DNA of 55,782 nucleotides, filler included, from Squatina squatina (GCA_031763465.1; 3 parts of 3 records of this genome joined end to end with filler, not necessarily neighbours in it), one strand, 5' to 3'; positions 22,291 to 35,342 are shown, counted from the first letter of the whole stretch. A program made the numbers and translations. Notes: generated by a model not told the origin, from the sequence alone.

Positions 22291-23626
22291 NNNNNNNNNN
22301 NNNNNNNNNNNNNNNNNNNNNNNNNNNNNNNNNNNNNNNNNNNNNNNNNNNNNNNNNNNNNNNNNNNNNNNNNNNNNNNNNNNNNNNNNNTGACAGGACT
22401 GTGCCTTATAGGCAACCTTCCCCTCTACCTTCTATAATTGCATACTTGTTATAATGAATAATGAATATAATGGTTGATTAAAAGGCTGGAACCAAATTGA
22501 ATTGCAGTGTAATTCAAGTTCATGAATGTCCCTCTTCAATTACATTACACCTGGAAAATCAATTATTTCTGTCTGTTAGTATGTGCAGTGTATTCAGCAC
22601 CTTAAGCATGTTGATCTCATTAAGTTTCTTTCTTGGTGGCTCTTGGTTGTATGTGAAGTTAAGGCAGTTGAAAGGGGATTTCTACTGGAGACAAGTTATA
22701 TCTCAGCATCCAATTAACTATTGATTTCAAATTTCTGTAGTATTTTGCTTTTTACTTGTATTGTTTAATTTACGACCAGCTTCCTTTCATGTATGGTAGC
22801 CGTGAAGAAGTTAAATTCTTTTTTCATCTTGATTTCTATTTGTTTCTTTTGCCTTGCTCACCTTCATTCCTATTCCCTTCCCTTTTGGTTTTTAATCATG
22901 TATTTCCTAAGACTCACATTCACAGCCACCTCGCTTTTCTCAGTACCTGTCTCCAGCACCGACTAATTCCACAGTGATTTCAACTCAAGCTTCAACCTGT
23001 TTTGGAACGGAACTTGATCACTGATAGCTCTGTAATATTTACCATTTATCTAACTATTGCTTTGCCATGAAGTCCACCCTCTCCATCTTCCATCACTGCA
23101 TGTGTGGTCTTCACTTTTCTCTTCAGCGCCATTGGCTCACTTTACTTTGTAACTTTATTTTGCAACAATTTCATCCTTCATGTCATCTGGGGCTTTAACA
23201 AAAAACTCATACAAGTCTTGCATGCCAGCTTACCTCCTGATCCCTCTTTCTCTTTATTTTCCTCCTACCCCAGTTCTCCTTCTATTCTCACTCCTGATAG
23301 ATTTTCTCTGTGTCCTCTGACCTTCCCTTTGACCCTGAATGATCCGTCCTCATCAAGGGCTTTAGATTCATCCCCTGACACCCAAATGTTAACAGATTTT
23401 AAGCGTCATATGATTCTGAGCTGTACCTCTGCCTCTATTGCCTCTGTGCATCTGGCCCTTTCTGCTGGCTCCAGAATTGGCTATCTTTGTTTACCCCATC
23501 ACCTGACCTCTCACCTTTTGGTCATCTTTTCATTGAGAACTGTCACAGTGATATTGGCATGTGTCAGTTTCTTCAGTTCCCTTGCTCACTCTAATCTATG
23601 TCCCTCTGAGCTCGCAGAACATTGTT

Positions 23627-23729
23627 CATAGAAACATAGAAAGTAAGAGCAGGAGTAGGCCATTTGGCCCTTCGAGCCTGCTCCGCCATTCAATGAGACA
23701 TTGGCTGATCTTCCAAATTCAGTACCCTG
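23627..23729 (-). mobile_element. CR1 LINE 3' end
   Basis: catagaaacatagaa tail plus gagcaggagtaggccatt; near-identical to 4070-4201. Confidence 0.85.
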
Positions 23730-24310
23730 NNNNNNNNNNNNNNNNNNNNNNNNNNNNNNNNNNNNNNNNNNNNNNNNNNNNNNNNNNNNNNNNNNNNNNN
23801 NNNNNNNNNNNNNNNNNNNNNNNNNNNNNTTTATAAGTGTAAAAGGCACTTTTATTCAGGAGTTCCTCAAAGGGGAAAAAAAACTTCTACAATGAAGGGC
23901 TTAAGGAATAGAAGAGAGTCATTATTGTGTAACTGTCAGTTCAGATTCACTGTGATATCGGGCCCGAGGCTTCCCATCAACTCTCCATTACTGCACCAGT
24001 CAACACACTACATGCTCTTCCACCTCCCTGCATTCCCACAGGCTAGGAATCAAGGGCTAGAAATCACTGAGTTTTATTTTTAATGACTGATTAATGGACT
24101 TGGGTAACAATATGCGTGTACATTATTTTAGCCCATTTAAATAAACAGGCTAACAACTTTGTTAATATAACCCTCACAGAGATTTCATCCGAGTATAATA
24201 ATTAAGTCATTTAAAAATAGAACTCAAGATTCATTTGAACATGAAAGACACTTGGCACCCTCTCCCACATTAACTCATTCCTTCCCCAGAACTTATCACC
24301 TCCTTTATTG

Positions 24311-24346
24311 TTCTGCCGAAAGGTCAGCAGCCTAAAAGGTTAATCC
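24311..24346 (+). other. Highly degenerate hammerhead-ribozyme-like motif from a Penelope pLTR
   Basis: ttCTGCCGAaaggtcagcagcctAAAAggttaatcc, compared with the typical ttCTGATGAaaggtc..gacctGAAAcgttaactc. Both core boxes are mutated. Confidence 0.35.
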
Positions 24347-25126
24347 TACCTTCATAAGAATATAAGNNNNNNNNNNNNNNNNNNNNNNNNNNNNNNNNNN
24401 NNNNNNNNNNNNNNNNNNNNNNNNNNNNNNNNNNNNNNNNNNNNNNNNNNNNNNNNNNNNNNNNNNCCGCACAGTAGAATGATGAGCAGGGCTTTCAGGA
24501 AGCCAGCGCGAACAATAACTGAATTCTCATTCTCTAGTGACATTTATTAATTCATTACTCTTGATAGGTATTGATATATCTACCGTTAGTGTTATTTTTA
24601 TCGGACAAGGGCTGGAAAAGTGTGACGTAATTTCTGCTGACACTTTGACAGTGCTATCAATCCCTTGTTACTGCTGAGTAGTGTAATGTGGAAATCAATA
24701 TGTGTTTTACATTGTGTATGGTCATGTGGACATATTTCTATTCGTATGAGTGCCCCAAAGTGATTAGAACTGAATATGCGATGAAGATGAAGTATTTACT
24801 GGTCACAGATAAGGGAGAGGAGGTGAGAACTGAAGAGTGGCCAATGTTCCAGCAGATTCCCCTCAATAAGTATAAGGGACAAATTTCCAGCTCTGCACAG
24901 TGGACATGTAAATTTCTGGCTGGTCGGTAAGGGCTGCTGCACACAACGCATGCTCGGAAAAGTCATGGAACTCTCTACCAAACAGGAACGTGGGAGAATC
25001 TTCACCACACAGTCTGCAACGGTTGANNNNNNNNNNNNNNNNNNNNNNNNNNNNNNNNNNNNNNNNNNNNNNNNNNNNNNNNNNNNNNNNNNNNNNNNNN
25101 NNNNNNNNNNNNNNNNNNNNNNNNNN

Positions 25127-25256
25127 CAAATAGCACCTGTCCCACCTGTGGTAAAGTTTGCGGATTCCATAAAGGACTATTTAGCCACCTCAGAACCCAC
25201 AACTCCGGAGTGGAAGTAAGTCATCCTCGACCTCGAGGAACTGCAGAAGAAGAAGG
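25127..25256 (+). mobile_element. RTE LINE 3' end with C2H2 finger and (GAA)n tail
   Basis: TCPTCGKVCGFHKGLFSHLRTH, then ggagtggaagtaagtcatcctcga..gaagaagaag. Confidence 0.75.
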
Positions 25257-25335
25257 ACATCATTGGCTGTAAAGCGCTTTGGACATCCTGAGTTCATGAA
25301 ATGCGCTTTATAGATGGAAGTCTTTCTTTTCTTTC
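25257..25335 (+). mobile_element. DeuSINE 3' tail
   Basis: cattggctgtaaagcgctttggacatcctgag..atgaaatgcgctttatag. Confidence 0.75.
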
Positions 25336-26519
25336 ATTTTTTCTTTTGACCCAGTGACAATGAAGGAACAGGGATATATGACCAAATCAACGTGGTGTGT
25401 GCCCAGGGGTGACGTAGCTGTTCTTGTCCTTCTCGGTGGTAAAGGTCACGGGTCATGGAGATGCTGCCTAGGCTTACACGCGCATAATAGGCACTTGGAC
25501 AAGGTATCGAAGCCCAAGGGTGCCCCTGAATCCGTACCTCATCGAGAGTCAGGAAGAGAAGGGAGAAAATTGAAAAAAAGAGAAAATTTCCATAGCAATC
25601 TTCCAGTATTATTTTGTATTGCAGTGCCCTTATTTTTCATCAGTTGTTGTCATTCTCCCATTGTTTTCAATTACAAACACTGTCACCATCAGCATCTGCT
25701 TACCAATGTAATTTGCTTATTGTTGGTGATCCATTCACATTCTGCATCTGAATAGAAACATTAAACACCAGGGGAAATCAGGGGCGTCAGATCCTGATGA
25801 ATAAAAGCAAAAGTGAGATTGCCAGGAGTCGTTAAGCTTGGATCAGGATTANNNNNNNNNNNNNNNNNNNNNNNNNNNNNNNNNNNNNNNNNNNNNNNNN
25901 NNNNNNNNNNNNNNNNNNNNNNNNNNNNNNNNNNNNNNNNNNNNNNNNNNNGGCTCGGATCAAGCCCAGGAGAAGCAAATGGAGGCTTTTTCCCATCACT
26001 AAAGGTCAAACCCGAATTGAGTTCTGTCTATCATTGTCTGGTGCGCAGTACACATGAGTTTCATGTAAGATAATTGCCTTGAATTTGACACCTAATTTAG
26101 TTTGAATAGGCCAAGGCAGAGAATGGAAATGTCAAGCTTCAGCAGTGTGCTTATTCTTCGGAGGCTCTGGCCTAGCTGGATTGATGGAGGACTTTAATAG
26201 GGGTCCCAACACTGCTTTTAATATGTGCCATGTATGACAAAGGGATATTTATTGCCATTACTTCACAAAGCTTACCGAGAAATACTCACTTTATAATGAT
26301 CCCTTGGCCCTGGTGCTCACTGACATATCCAAGATGCCAAAAGGACAATATGAAGCTGCCGCTTTAGGCTGGTTCTGCTTTGGACTAGTGACAGTAAAAC
26401 AGCAGCCACTGCAAAGACAGCGTTCTTAGCTAGATATTTCTAAAACCCGAGCCGCACAATTTGCCAGGTTTCAACNNNNNNNNNNNNNNNNNNNNNNNNN
26501 NNNNNNNNNNNNNNNNNNN

Positions 26520-26531
26520 TTAATTAATTAA
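26520..26531. other. Artificial six-frame-stop scaffold linker
   Basis: N44-TTAATTAATTAA-N44 = exactly 100 nt; identical structure at 39795-39806. Confidence 0.95.
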
Positions 26532-26737
26532 NNNNNNNNNNNNNNNNNNNNNNNNNNNNNNNNNNNNNNNNNNNNAAACAGGACCTGCCTAATACCTGTC
26601 CCATAGAACCCACATCCAGATTTCTTGCCTGCTGTGCTTTAGCATTGGAATGAAAATCGGCCGGGTTCTATTCCATCAAATTAATGCTCAGGCAGTGAAG
26701 GTGAAAAACCCATCTAGAGAGCCTAAAAGAATTGAAA

Positions 26738-26990
26738 CTGTGTTCCTCAAGGATCAGTATTGGGATCATTCTTATTCAAAATTTATATTAATGACTTGGA
26801 CTTAGGAATAAGTAACTCAATATCACAATTTGCTGATGATACCAAACTTGGGGATATAGCTAATACTGAGGAAGAATGCAACATAAGCCAAGAAGACATC
26901 ACAAAAATTGCAGGCTGGGCAGTTAATTGTCAAATTAACTTTAAGGTAGACAAAGGAGAGGTGATGTACTTGGGTAGGAAAATCATAAAC
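26738..26990 (+). mobile_element. CR1 RT fragment
   Basis: VPQGSVLG..FKIYINDLD..ISQFADDTKLG. Confidence 0.85.
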
Positions 26991-27050
26991 CTTAGAAAAT
27001 AATTGCTGAATCGTTATTTCCAAAAACAGGTGGGTTTGAGTGAGGCCAGA

Positions 27051-27520
27051 TGTCAGCTGAGGCTCACTGGGTAGCACTGTCACTTCTGACTCAGCAGGTT
27101 GTGGGTTCAAGTCCCACTCCAGAGATTTAAGCACAAAAATCTAGGCTGATACTCCAGTACTGTGCTGAAGGAGTTCTGCACTGTCGGAGGTGCCGTCTTT
27201 TAGAAGAGACATTAAACCGATGTCCAGTCTGCTTTCCCAGGTGGACGTAAAAGATCCCAAGGCAGTATTTCGAAGAAGAGCTGGGGAGTTATCCCCACTG
27301 TACTGTCTGTTATTTATCCCTCAATCAACATCACTAAAAACGGATTATCTGGTCATTATCACATTGCTGTTTGTGGGAGCTGGCTATGCCCAAATTTGCA
27401 GTTGCGTTTCCTACATTACAACAGTGACTACACTTCAAAAAGTATTGCATTGGCTGTAAAGCACTTTGAGACATCCGATGGTTGTGAAAGGCACTATATA
27501 AATGCTAGTCTTTATTTCTT
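27051..27520 (+). mobile_element. Full-length DeuSINE (SacSINE1-like)
   Basis: A/B-box head (ggctcactgg, gggttcaagtccc), Deu domain ggaggtgccgtctt..ggtggacgtaaaagatccc..tttcgaagaagagc, L2-like tail ending tatataaatgctagtc. Confidence 0.9.
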
Positions 27521-27744
27521 TAAAACTTTTTTAAAAATCTCAAACCCAGCCCAAACCAACCCCAAGTTTTTAACTACAGAACAGCTCTTAAAATTTTTCT
27601 CCAGGTCTCCCACCTGACAGCCAGCCTGTTTGACAAGCTGGCTGCCTGTTGGGTGAGAAAGCCTGCAGTGGAAGAACTGCACGAGAGAAAAGAGGATAGA
27701 AAGATATGCTGAAAGGCTGAGATGAGATAGATGGAGCAGGACGA

Positions 27745-27828
27745 AACTCGTGTGGAGTATAAACACTAGCACAGTCCAGTTGGGCCAAATGGCCTGTTTC
27801 TGTGCTGTATATTCTAATTCATTCTATG
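27745..27828 (+). mobile_element. CR1-type 3' end
   Basis: tcgtgtggagtataaacac..gttgggccaaatggcctgtttctgtgctgtat..attctatg. Confidence 0.7.
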
Positions 27829-28435
27829 AAATTGGTGTTTTTAGAGGGCAGGTAATCTAGGTCTTGATCTTGTTAAAAGCTACAGATAATTTATATATAA
27901 GCAGATTATTTAATTTGTGGGCAGAGAATTGGAAAATTAAAATTAGTGATTCTCAAGTGAGATGAAAGATATCTTTCCTCAGGGAGTGTTATGGGTAATG
28001 GAAATGTGAAGTCGATCCCTTTCAGAGGCGACTAATGAAAAATTAATGAAGTTCTATTAAAAGGAACTGGATAAGTATCTGGTTAAGAATGAGTTTGAAG
28101 ATCACAGTGGAAGTTCATTATCCATCAAAACGGAGGGAGGCCCCAGAAAAATAATAGAAATTAGCAGGCAATCGACTTTCCCCTGTGCAGACAGGACCGA
28201 CATATTTTAATTTAAAAAATAAAATATTCTTCAAAGAAATACTGGAAGAACAACTCCTGCTCGTTTCCCAGACCCGAAGTCCTGACTCCTGCTGGTCCCC
28301 TGATCTGAGGCTGAATATAACACAAGCAACATTATNNNNNNNNNNNNNNNNNNNNNNNNNNNNNNNNNNNNNNNNNNNNNNNNNNNNNNNNNNNNNNNNN
28401 NNNNNNNNNNNNNNNNNNNNNNNNNNNNNNNNNNN

Positions 28436-28605
28436 TGAAAATGTTACAATCAAGGTATTTCCAGAACAGGAGCCAGTGCAGGTCAGTGAGGTCGTGGGTG
28501 AACGGGACCTGATGTGACTTGTTGGGATCCGAACAGCAGAGTTTTGGATGAGCTCAGGCATATGGAGGGTGCAAGTTTAGTGATTGGCCAGGAGAGCATT
28601 GGAAT
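28436..28605 (-). mobile_element. L2 LINE fragment
   Basis: Minus strand ELIQNSAVRI..RSRSPTT.L..L.WL, the L2 ORF2 C-terminal LQ..QN.A.R motif. Confidence 0.7.
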
Positions 28606-29389
28606 ATCGGACACAGTAACAGGATTTATAGAATTGCCAAGCTAAGTTAGCAGAATTCTATCATTTTGCTCATATGTTGAGCTAGCAGAAAAGGGAATGA
28701 TAATGACCCACAGTGGTCCTCTCTGAGGTTCATGGTCCTGTTCTGCTATGCCCTTCAGAGAGCCACAGTTCTGTCAGAGAAATCTGTGCTGCTTTGCCAG
28801 TTCTCTTGACTGCAGTGCCGTTGTTGTCGTTAGTTAGGCTCCTCCTTTGTTCCTTCTTTCCTCTTTCACTGNNNNNNNNNNAGCACTTTTGGCAAGGACA
28901 GATTAAATTGAAAGTCAAGACCAACACAAGTCGCACGTTCCTGAGGTACATTGAGGAGCGAGGGGACAGGCTGGATCATGAAATAATTCATAGCTACCCA
29001 CTGCAACATACACGTTTGCCAACTGGCCGTTCCCAGGGAGACCACTTTACCACAGTGTTGGCTACGGGTATTAATTATACATCTGGACTTGACAAGCGAT
29101 GAAGGTTCTCGGATAATTATAGCTAAGCAATATCCTGGTTTACTGAAGCAAGTCTTCACCTGTTTTTTGCAAATGAAATTAGAGAAAGGACGAGTGCTAT
29201 TTACTGAGTGATCTCCTGTCAGAAGTAAATACAATAATTAGCTTAGACACCTAAACCATCATTCTAACAGCACTGTAAATATATATCTCTGTGCAATCAT
29301 AATACAGTTTGGTATCTTATGAGTGAGGATATTGCCTATTAAAAAGGAATTGCAGACCACGATTGGAAAAGTACACACTACGTGATACC

Positions 29390-29700
29390 ATAATAGGAAC
29401 AAGGGGAGGCCCTCGAGCCTGTTTCGCTATTCAATTAGATCTTGGCTGATCTGTACCTCAATTCGTTTACCTGACTTTGCTCTATAGCCCTGAATACCTT
29501 TGCCTGACAAAAATCTAGCGATCTCAGTCTTGAAAATTTCAATTGACTGCTGTTCTGGGGGACGAAATTCCAGATTTCCACTAACCTTTGTGTAAAAATG
29601 TATTTCCTGCTTTCACTCCGAAATGGCCTAGCACTAATTTAAAATAATGCGCTCTTGTTCTTGATTCACCTGCTAGAGCAAATTGTTTCTCTGTGTCTAC
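29390..29700 (-). mobile_element. Degenerate CR1 3' region
   Basis: ESRTRAH..K..G.F...NTF..KG motif and ggctgatctgtacctcaa 3' sequence. Confidence 0.75.
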
Positions 29701-30954
29701 CCATGTGGTAACACTCCCTTTATAATCATGCCACTGAAAATTCCATGGGAGTTCTACTGGTCTAGAGCCATAGCTCCAGTGGGGAGCTAGGACATCCTCC
29801 ACAGAATTTCAGGAGTGTGTCTTAATTTTTGTAACTAGTCTCTTCTGTGGGACCTTATCAAGATTCTTCTGTAAATTCATATAAACAACATCCACTGCAA
29901 ATTCTTCAGCAGTATTTCACTTAACTTCATCACCTCTTCCCCTCCCCCTACAAATGTCTTTTAAATACACAGATCACTCATAAGATTTTGTTTAACATTC
30001 TTCTCGATGTACACTATCCAAGTGGCAAGTTGTTTTATGTCACAATGATGCAGCAAGGTTATGTGTGTTTATTGTGCTCTCGGTAACCTCAGTGAGCAGG
30101 AGGCATTGACTTTTAGTTACCATTTGCTTGCTTCCTGCTCACAGTCCTGTGTTTTTTCTCATTGAATCACAGAGCACACAGGAAAAGCTAACAATATATG
30201 TGTTATCAGGATAACAATCATCCTGAAATATGTATAACAGAGACTGCAACCTACTCTATCCAATATACTGGAAGATGATTGCTATTAACATCATCTATCT
30301 TTCATGAAAGAGTAATATGAAAGTGTGTAGTTTGGTTGCGTCGTTAAAGGACAATGACACAAATAGGTCAATGGATTGCCACTGTTTGCCTCTCTTTCCA
30401 GGTGTTCTACAATAGGCAGCCCAATGATTTGCTAATGTGCTGTCTAAATTTAAATTGGCTGAACTGCAGGGTAATGTAAAAAAAAATCATGACCCTGTAC
30501 CAAACTCGCAACACTCTTGGCAAAATGTTATTAGGGAAACCTGCATCACAAAAAGTCAACTGGAAATAAAATTCCTGTTTATAATGAACTTTTTATAGAG
30601 GTTTATGAATGACTCTAAGTACAGTAGATCTTTTATTTAGTACCAATTTTGGCAATTGTAGCAAAAAGCATGTTGCAGAGAGGGATTTTTTTAAATGGTA
30701 TGGAATAAAATGTAACTATCAGTAGCATCTTATATTTCAGGTTTTAGTTAATCAAACAGTGTTCCAGTGAGAGGCTGCTATGCTAAATTGATGGATTTGT
30801 CAATAGAACTCAATAATGCAAGGTGCAAAGAAAAAGAGGTGACGCATTATGAACTATTCGACATAATAATGATGATCATCGCAAAAGGACCTAAGCTAAC
30901 TAATTGTGTTAATTCAGAAAATATGGATTGTGGTGCATTTGTCCTACAATGTGT

Positions 30955-31465
30955 AAAAATCATTGGGCGCCCAATTCGGGGGGGTTTTTTGGTGATAAAT
31001 TAGCGCTAAATCAGCGTTAAGTGCTTAACGCGGATTTAGGGCGTTAAATTTAGCGGCGGAAAATTCGGGTCCCACAAAAAGGCGCTAAACAGGCTCAAAC
31101 CTTGTAAGGCTGGAAACAGTAATTTTAGTGTTAGGTGATCTAGATGACATCATAACTGGGCGCAACGCCCAAAATGGCCGCCCGCAGCTGAATTAGTCAA
31201 GGCTGGTGACACTTAAAAGTAGCAGTGTCAATGCCCTGTTTTTTGGGCATTGACATGCTTGAGCTAATGATTTCCAGCGCTATATAGAGCGCAGGAAGTG
31301 GGCTTCAATTGAAAGTTAAATTGGACCTCCCTGATGTTCAGATAAGCTGCTTCTGAGTTTTGCTGCCTCCCTTTAACACACTTCTGACTTTATAGGCATT
31401 TTGTGAGATTTTATAACATTTGAAAAAATCGGCCGTTCTCTCCATGGGTGCTGCGCTTGTGGTCG
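30955..31465 (+). mobile_element. Harbinger-like transposon end with promoter and ATG
   Basis: Colinear with 7969-8474: TATATAGA (31281), GGAAGT (31294), ccATGggtgctgcgcttgtggtc (ATG 31444, MGAALVV). Confidence 0.6.
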
Positions 31466-32516
31466 NNNNNNNNNNNNNNNNNNNNNNNNNNNNNNNNNNN
31501 NNNNNNNNNNNNNNNNNNNNNNNNNNNNNNNNNNNNNNNNNNNNNNNNNNNNNNNNNNNNNNNNNGAAGCATAGTACTTTCCTCATTTCAGCTAATGGCT
31601 TTTTTCATTATTTAATGGAAAAAAGTTATTAAAGAGTCTCATCGGTGACTGGATGTTACTATAAATCAGTACATTGGAGTCGAAATTCCAGTAGTAAGCA
31701 TATGTTACAGAGATGTACAACAGGCTTGGGGAGGAGGAAGGGAAGTAGGCGATACGTCTGAATCTCACCATCTTCTGATCTCGTAATCGTTTTGGCAGGG
31801 CTTACAAATGTGCAATTTGAGTTGTCACATAATGTATAGGATGAGACTAATTAAAGGGGTGAATGAATATCATGTAGAATTATTTAAATAGCTGTCATGG
31901 ACAAGTTTCCACACTTTCACATAAAATAGACACTGGAGCCAAGACACAGTCTCGTCTTCAAGATACGTTGTGCGATTTTTGTTGTTGATTAGAAGCTAGT
32001 AACACGTTTTGGAGCAGTTTATCAGTATTCTGGTTGTTGTTTTCCATTTTGTTTTTGCTGAGCCTTTTCCAAAATGTTCTTTTGTTTCTTTGATACCTCT
32101 TTTGCCAATCAGTCTATTGCTGCCAGCTGCATTATTATTCCTAACTGCCTCATTTCAAAAGATGGGGAATAGGGCTGCCTGACCTTTAATGGATACTGGA
32201 GCCCAAGATGTCGGCAGTGAACTTAGCCACACACCAGCAGGGTGCCTTGAACATTATCAAATGGCCTCACAAAGCATTGATGCTCAAATTACAGCTTCGC
32301 TTTATATGCGGCCCAGCGAGGTGCCAAAACCTGGTCTCAGCAGCTGAGCAAAGGACTCAAGCCTTCCCTCCAACCAGCTGGTTCAGGTTCAACTTTCGTT
32401 GCTGCCCCCTCTTCTTGCACCACTTCACTCATGCTCAATACTGTGCATCAACCCTCGACAATCTGATATATCCCCCCACAGTTGATATGGATGCTGCTGT
32501 GCTGGTTCTTGGACAG

Positions 32517-33273
32517 AGTCATAGAATCATGGAATGGTTACAGCATAGAAGGAGGCCATTCGGCCCATCAAGCCCCTCCCGGCTCTCTGCCAGAGCACTT
32601 CAGCTAGTCCCACTCCCATACCCCTTGCTCAAACCCCTTCCAGTGTTTTTCCTTCAGGTACTTATCCAATTCCCTTTTGAAAGCCATGATTGAGTCTGCC
32701 TCCACCACCTTCTCAGACAGTGCATTCCAGATCCTAACCACTCGCTGCGTAAAAAAAGCTTTCCCTCCTGTCACCTTTGGTTCTTCTACCAATCACCTTA
32801 TATCTGTGTCCTCTGTTTCCCGACCTCTCCACCAATGGAACGGTTTCTCTCTATCTACTCAGTCTGGACCCCTCAAATTTGAACACCTCTATCAAATCTT
32901 CTCTCGACCTTCTCTGCTATAAGGAGAATAACCCCGGCTTCTCTCGGCTATCCACGAAACTGAACTCCCTCATTCCTGGAACCATTCTTGTAAATCTTTT
33001 CTCTCTAAGGCCTTCACATCCTTTCTAAAGTGCAGTGCCCAGAACTGGACACATTACTCCAGTTGTGGCCGCACCAGTGCTTTATAAAGGTTCATCATAA
33101 TTTCCTTGCTTTTGTATTCTATGCCTCTATTTATGAAGCCCAGTATCCCAAATGCTTTTTTAAGTGCTTTCTCAATCTGTCCTGCTCCCTTCAACGATTT
33201 GTGTACATATAACCCCAGCTCTCTCTGTTCTTGTACCTCCTTTAGAATTGAACCCTTTAGTTTATATTGCCTC
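32517..33273 (-). mobile_element. CR1 3' portion
   Basis: ILGFINRGIEYKSKEIMMNLYKALVRPQLE and FFTQRVVRIWNAL; tail catagaatcat. Confidence 0.9.
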
Positions 33274-33439
33274 NNNNNNNNNNNNNNNNNNNNNNNNNNN
33301 NNNNNNNNNNNNNNNNNNNNNNNNNNNNNNNNNNNNNNNNNNNNNNNNNNNNNNNNNNNNNNNNNNNNNNNNNTAGGTTGGATATATGATAAATCCACAG
33401 CTGCAATGTGTTGACCCCAAGTTCATAGGTGTGACATCT

Positions 33440-33652
33440 CCATTTTCCACACAATCCATCCTTCTCTGAGACAGATCGCTACTTAGTGCTAAATTATCGA
33501 CTAGGAAGTTCTTTTGTGTGTGAGAAGTAATTTCACATACAACTCATCATTTTCAGAGAAGGGAAACTTTGACTATCAATCTGGGCTGAATTCAAATCCA
33601 GATCTTTTGAGGCAAAACATTGTTTTAACTCACTGTGGCACCACGTCTCCCA
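33440..33652 (-). mobile_element. LF-SINE-like SINE, 5' half
   Basis: Minus strand gggagacgtggtgccacagtgag..ctggatttgaattcagcccag..aaagt..tatgtgaaatta..ttcctagtcga..aatttagcactaagtagc..gtctcagagaagg follows the recalled LF-SINE motif order. Confidence 0.5.
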
Positions 33653-34496
33653 AAAAGTATGTACAAGGAATTGTAAAGCATGTAGTGTATTTTTTCCTTT
33701 TATTCAGTCGCTGGGTGTACATTATGTAATGAATCCAATTTTTTTGCTTGAAGCCATTGTCAACTGTCAGAAATATCAGAAAAGTCATCAATATCTCTTC
33801 ACACAGGTACCATTCCATAAATTATTACTTCGATGAGAGGCATCTATAACACACTCAAAAACAACTCCCTACATACTTCACACTTGACGCTTTAATATTA
33901 ATGTATAAAAGCCAAATTTTCAAGAATGTAAAATTTATACAATTAGTAACATATTTCACCACTGCATCGATGATAATACTATTGCCACCAGAGACTACCT
34001 GGATATTAATAAATAATATTGTTTCCTGTTCCTGTAAATCATTTGATTTAGTGAGTGGAGCGTGAATACATTTGTGCCACAATTCATTGTCCCGATTATA
34101 TTTGGAAAAGCTAGCGACTGTGAAAATCCATTTTGGTTTGATTTATGTTCTATGGAGAGTTGGAGAAATAAATGAACCTCACCAAGCGCTTTGCTAATGC
34201 ATCTGTTACCTCATTGGCACATTTCAAAATACAGAATTGACAAATTTTCACAGCCTCTCCAGCTGGAGACAAATGTCCCTCTGGCATAAAAGATCAACAT
34301 TGCATTGAACTTAAGAGAGACTGGCAAAGCATGGTTTTAGGATCTAAATTAAATTTCAGCAGCTCACACAGCGAAGGAATAGCTGATGTACTCAGATGGT
34401 TGTCAGATCCAAATTTAGTAGTCTTTGTAGCTGTGTGTGCATATATGTATGCATATATACACATTTACATATACGCACACTCGCTTAGAACTTGTG

Positions 34497-34858
34497 GGGT
34501 CATTTTGACAGGGGAGGTATAGGTCCAGTTCTGGGCTTAGTGAGGTGTCCAATGGTGATCGACCCCAGACAGACCAGTTACCATTGCAAAGCAGCGCTGC
34601 TATTCCGGTGACAAATTTAAAGACTAATCTGATGACCACTGTCTTCAGGCCATTGGCCTTTGGTTCTCATTCTTGGAGCAGCAGGGACCCGCTGTGACAT
34701 CCGCCGATTTCCTGGGCCGAGTGCCCATTCCTTTACTGCAGGTGACCTGGTCCCCAGGATCTGGGACGGGGGTCACCTGCAGGTCAAAATGGCGGGCAGT
34801 AGTGTCGCCTGACCAAACTTCCACCGGTGCAACCGGGAAGTGGAATTTATATCCCCAT
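34497..34858. mobile_element. MITE-like element with GGGG..CCCC termini and internal hairpin
   Basis: Starts ggggtcatttt, ends aatttatatcccc. Perfect 12-bp inverted repeat ctgcaggtgacc (34736-34747) / ggtcacctgcag (34771-34782). Confidence 0.45.
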
Positions 34859-35342
34859 AGGTTGCTGGATTCTAGCCCTTCTAATACAATTACTGTAAGA
34901 CTGTACACCACCCAGTCAGCTGTGACTAATACTTATTTTACCTATGATAGCCATCATTCACAAATTTCACTCCCTTAAAAGAAAATAAACAATGCTACAT
35001 ATAAAGCTTTCGAACCATCCATCATCCAAAAAGCTACAAAGATCACACAAGAGCTCAAAATACTACGGCGGTCAAATAGGCTGTAATAAAGTTGAGCATT
35101 GAAGAGTTAATGGCTTGTAAAACAAAATGCTGGCTTCACGAAGACAGGTGAAGGCAGTTATCTTATTTATGTCTGCTAAATTTAACCTTCAGCGCAACCA
35201 CTTAACCACAGTGACCAAAAATGAATTATCTTCGATAGAAGGNNNNNNNNNNNNNNNNNNNNNNNNNNNNNNNNNNNNNNNNNNNNNNNNNNNNNNNNNN
35301 NNNNNNNNNNNNNNNNNNNNNNNNNNNNNNNNNNNNNNNNNN

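Noticed and set aside
23104-23631. 175-aa gap-free ORF
   Set aside because: Pyrimidine-rich L/S/F/P low-complexity translation of degenerate L2-like sequence; no domain or exon structure.
24474-24527. C box ATGATGA and D box CTGA suggesting a C/D snoRNA
   Set aside because: Only ~45 nt between the ends, no C'/D' boxes, and no proper terminal stem or recognisable guide.
27051-27125. tRNA-like A/B boxes here and at 9590, 12325 and 16925
   Set aside because: These are SINE heads without a full cloverleaf, not tRNA genes.
34673-34745. Peptide SADFLGRVPIPLLQ resembles the C2-domain motif of MCTP1 (SADFLGKVAIPLL), followed by CAG|GT
   Set aside because: The similarity covers only 13 residues, upstream residues do not match the C2 strand (no YDED), and it lies inside a MITE-like element overlapping a hairpin; consistent with chance.
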